64,000 nt of DNA from Candidatus Poribacteria bacterium (lineage in GTDB: Bacteria > Poribacteria > WGA-4E > WGA-3G): assembly GCA_965198235.1 (NCBI GenBank), contig OZ240248.1, positions 3,808,001-3,872,000 on the forward strand, given 5' to 3'. A program made the translations under genes and the position numbers. Under the pieces are notes generated by a model. The model did not search any database. It saw only the letters and a program-made list of their open reading frames with translations, and was not told where the DNA came from. Each line of letters begins with the position of its first letter. Position 1 is the first letter of the stretch. Shown here piece by piece: positions 60,632 to 64,000 of the stretch.

Positions 60632-60798
60632 AGGTAATTCATAAATCGGAATAGTGAAATGTAAGAGTCACAGCGCATTGGAAACTTTCAGTGCACACCC
60701 TTGGACAGTTTACCTTTATTAAAAAACGGAAACTCTTGACAATGGGATACTGATGACTGACGGCTAATGGCTGACGGCTATTCCCGAAAGGAGTTCAG

Positions 60799-63057
60799 AT
60801 GTCAAATGAAACCGCTCAAACGTTACAGGGAACGACCCCTTTAACGTTAGACGGCGATCTTGCCGCCCAGATGGTTGAGGCTCTTGATGATTATGTTTCG
60901 CTCGCGATAACTGATTCCATCGGAGGTCGGACAGGGTTGTGGAACCGCGATTATAGTTCACACAATGCGTATACCGAATCTGTCGAACCGAACCGCGCCC
61001 GGCTTCGAAAGCGGATCGGTTGCCTCGATCCACGGCTACCAATTGAGGATCTCGCCTATATTGCCACGACAAAAACCTCGGTGCATCTCACAGAAGATGA
61101 GGATTACACTGTATCCCGCGTTCGATGGCAGGTTTTTGATGAGGTGGAGGGCGAAGGACTTTTGTTGGAACCGGAGCACAACGTCCCAATTACTGCCCAG
61201 ATTGTTGCCCTGCCCGATGCCGATTGGACACCGGAGATGATAGCAGGAATAACAGATGAGTTGCCAGCGAACGCCCAATTTGCGAGACGTTTGGCGAAGG
61301 CAGGATGTCGTGTTGTTGTCCCACTTCTGATTAACCGTGACGATACCTATTCAGGAAACCCGACCCTCGGCGCGATGACGAATCAACCGCACCGCGAATT
61401 CATCTATCGAATGGCGTTTGAACTCGGAAGACATATCATCGGGTATGAAGTCCAGAAGGTGTTGTCGTTAGTGGACTGGATGTCTCTTTCCGATGCTCCG
61501 ATTGGGGTAATAGGTTATGGTGAAGGTGGATTGATTGCACTCTACAGTGCGGCAGTCGATACACGGATTCAGGCGACGGCTGTTAGTGGGTATTTCCAAT
61601 CTCGGCAGGAGGTCTGGCGAGAACCGATCTATCGAAATGTGTGGGGACTGCTACACGAATTCGGCGATGCTGAAATTGCGAGTCTTATTGCGCCGCGTCC
61701 GTTGGTTATCGACACAAGTCGAGGACCTGAAGTCGCCGGTCCGCCACCCGTTCGTGATGGGCGTGGGGGTGCTGCACCGGGACAGTTGGTATCACCACCG
61801 ATCCGTGCCGCGGAAGCGGAGTTTGAACGGGCCCGTGATTTTTATCAGCAGTTGGACAGTCCCGACACCTTGTGCCTCGTTTCTCCTGTAGATGGATTGC
61901 CGGGTTCTGAAGAGACCTTAACCGCGCTGCTTACCCGACTCGGTGTTGAAAACGCGCATATTGATAGCCACTATCTCCTCTCCTCGACCACGGTTAACAA
62001 TTTTGATTACGAGGCACGTCAGCAGCGGCAGTTTATGCAACTGGTGAACCTATCGCAACGCTTTTTGAGAGAAGCCGCATCGCGACGGCAGCAGCTCTTC
62101 TGGGAGAAAACCGATACCTCTTCGCTCACGCGGTGGGAGGAAACGTGTACAGATGCCAAAGCCTATTTCTGGGACGAAGTTATCGGTAGGTGTCCACCAC
62201 CCGATGTCCACGCCAATCCAAGGACGCGGCTCCTCTATGATGAACCCCTCTGGAAAGGCTACGAAGTCGTCCTTGATGTTTGGGATGGTGTTTTCGCTTA
62301 CGGTATCTTGCTGCTTCCGAACGACCTCCAGCCGGGTGAACAGCGTCCCGTTGTCGTCTGTCAGCACGGCTTAGAGGGACGACCGCAGGATACCGCCGAT
62401 CCGAGAATAGAATCGGTTTATCACTCTTACGCCGCAAGCTTGGCGGACAGAGGGTTTATCACCTACGCGCCACAAAATCCGTATATCGGTTTGGATGCCT
62501 TCCGCGTCATTCAACGCAAGGCGAATCCGGTAAAATGGTCGCTCTTTTCGTTTATCATTCGCCAACATGAGCGAACACTTGATTGGCTCGCCGAACAACC
62601 TTTCGTTGATGCCGATCGGATTGGCTTTTACGGGTTATCTTACGGCGGCAAAACAGCAATGCGCGTCCCTGCCCTGCTTGAACGCTACGCCTGCTCAATC
62701 TGTTCCGCGGATTTCAACGAATGGATCGTCAAAAATGCGACCTATCATTCTCGGTACAGTTATATGTTCACGGGCGAGTATGAGATGCCAGAATTCGATT
62801 TAGGAAATACCTTTAACTACGGTGAGATGGCGGGATTGATTGCGCCGCGTCCATTTATGGTGGAGCGTGGACATGATGACGGGGTTGCACCAGATGAATG
62901 GGTTGCGCACGAATTCGCGGTCGTTCGTCGGCTTTACGTTCAGTTGGGAATTGCTGATAGAACAGAGATCGAATTCTTTGATGGTGGACATCAGATTAAT
63001 TCCGATGGGACGTTCCGGTTCCTGCATCGCCACTTGAATTGGCCCGAACCGCAATAG
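60799..63057 (+). CDS. Tandem alpha/beta hydrolase (dienelactone hydrolase-like)
   Basis: GYGEGG and GLSYGG nucleophile elbows, two LIAPRP motifs, DGGH. Confidence 0.8.
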   Translation: MSNETAQTLQGTTPLTLDGDLAAQMVEALDDYVSLAITDSIGGRTGLWNRDYSSHNAYTESVEPNRARLRKRIGCLDPRLPIEDLAYIATTKTSVHLTEDEDYTVSRVRWQVFDEVEGEGLLLEPEHNVPITAQIVALPDADWTPEMIAGITDELPANAQFARRLAKAGCRVVVPLLINRDDTYSGNPTLGAMTNQPHREFIYRMAFELGRHIIGYEVQKVLSLVDWMSLSDAPIGVIGYGEGGLIALYSAAVDTRIQATAVSGYFQSRQEVWREPIYRNVWGLLHEFGDAEIASLIAPRPLVIDTSRGPEVAGPPPVRDGRGGAAPGQLVSPPIRAAEAEFERARDFYQQLDSPDTLCLVSPVDGLPGSEETLTALLTRLGVENAHIDSHYLLSSTTVNNFDYEARQQRQFMQLVNLSQRFLREAASRRQQLFWEKTDTSSLTRWEETCTDAKAYFWDEVIGRCPPPDVHANPRTRLLYDEPLWKGYEVVLDVWDGVFAYGILLLPNDLQPGEQRPVVVCQHGLEGRPQDTADPRIESVYHSYAASLADRGFITYAPQNPYIGLDAFRVIQRKANPVKWSLFSFIIRQHERTLDWLAEQPFVDADRIGFYGLSYGGKTAMRVPALLERYACSICSADFNEWIVKNATYHSRYSYMFTGEYEMPEFDLGNTFNYGEMAGLIAPRPFMVERGHDDGVAPDEWVAHEFAVVRRLYVQLGIADRTEIEFFDGGHQINSDGTFRFLHRHLNWPEPQ

Positions 63058-63378
63058 GCACCTTAACTGAGGGTGGTTCATAAATCATCACAACTGCAAC
63101 GGTAGCAATCAATACCTTACTTCATAAGAACTACACGATGCGACTCCCTTTGTACCATAATCTGTTAGATTGTGGTCTTTGCGGTATCTGATTTATTAGA
63201 TAACATCTATCGGTCCGCAAACTAAATGAAGATCCAGAATTTAATTCGGTAATTTCCTAACGATGCCCGGTGCGGTTTCATGAAAATTAAAAAATAAAGC
63301 CCCAGAGGGGCGACAGGTGTATATCGTTAAATTCACGCGTATGGAGCGATGTGAAACCGTACACCGAGAAAGAAAAAC

Positions 63379-64000
63379 ATGCTTTACGCAATCACTGTAA
63401 GCGCAGGGCTCGAAACCCTCGCACGCGAGGAGTTATCCGAACGCTTTGCCGACACAGGACATCTGAAAATCCTTGAACGGAAACCTCAGCGGATCCTTTT
63501 CCAATATGCTGGGAACCCGCGTGAACTGCTATCGCTACGGACAGCCGAGCATCTCTTTCTCATTCTAAAGCGGATGCCGAAGATGACACGCTCACGCAGT
63601 TCCTTAACGGCATTTAGCGGTTCCCTCTCGCGCTTCAATTTCAAGGAGGCGTTTGAGTGCTGTCGGCAGGTCGGTATCAATGCGCGGAAACGGGTGTCGT
63701 TTCGGGTGACAAGTCGGCTCTCAGGAAAACGCAATTTCCGTCGGGTTGATCTCCAGCGCGTGGTTGAACGCGCGTTGTTAGAGCGAGAATGGTATGCGGG
63801 GTCATCAAAATCGGCTTTAGATATTTGGGCAGAGATACATGGAGACGACGGCTATATCAGCATCAAACTTTCCCCAAACGATATGGCACAACGTCCGTAT
63901 AAACAGGCACATATCCCCGCATCTCTCAAACCGACATTGGCATACAGTATGGTACGCCTTTCACGACCACATCCAGACGATGTCTTTTTGGACGCGATGT
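63379..64000 (+). CDS. THUMP-domain class I RNA methyltransferase, 5' part (runs off window)
   Basis: Own translation: MLYAITVSAGLETLAREEL...SFRVTSR...RPYK...PASLKPTLAYSM...VFLDAM. Confidence 0.8.
   Translation, partial: MLYAITVSAGLETLAREELSERFADTGHLKILERKPQRILFQYAGNPRELLSLRTAEHLFLILKRMPKMTRSRSSLTAFSGSLSRFNFKEAFECCRQVGINARKRVSFRVTSRLSGKRNFRRVDLQRVVERALLEREWYAGSSKSALDIWAEIHGDDGYISIKLSPNDMAQRPYKQAHIPASLKPTLAYSMVRLSRPHPDDVFLDAM

Overview
Bacterial, diderm chromosomal window, gene-dense with about 45 CDS. I saw no rRNA, tRNA or CRISPR array. The gene content and two secreted proteins ending in a V.P..(K/R)L..TW..(I/L)K tail suggest Ca. Poribacteria; this is an inference from recalled protein features and was not checked. 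The left 21 kb is a minus-strand housekeeping and envelope run: DUF5916-like, lnt, prfB (+1 programmed frameshift), lysS, lolE/lolD, ilvE, bamA, skp, lpxD. It continues into a UbiA prenyltransferase with DGGGP-synthase signatures, a TrmH/SpoU fusion, a group II GGGP synthase, grpE, dnaJ and prmA, so both archaeal-type ether-lipid enzymes lie in one locus next to lipid A genes. The rest holds an ankyrin-metzincin secreted protein, a PorV-like barrel, rqcH, an orphan groEL, a vWA/DUF4159/DUF4175 cluster, a decayed type I R-M remnant, a Y1 (RAYT-like) transposase with 74-bp inverted flanks, a KamA-family enzyme, disA, NTF2-domain envelope proteins, an ABC exporter, purC and others. Many intergenic spacers are mosaics of short dispersed repeats. 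One repeat family ends in TTAAAAA, sits at about nine start codons, occurs in-frame inside two proteins, and once lies between a perfect 35-bp duplication. All product calls come from motif recognition, with no database searches.
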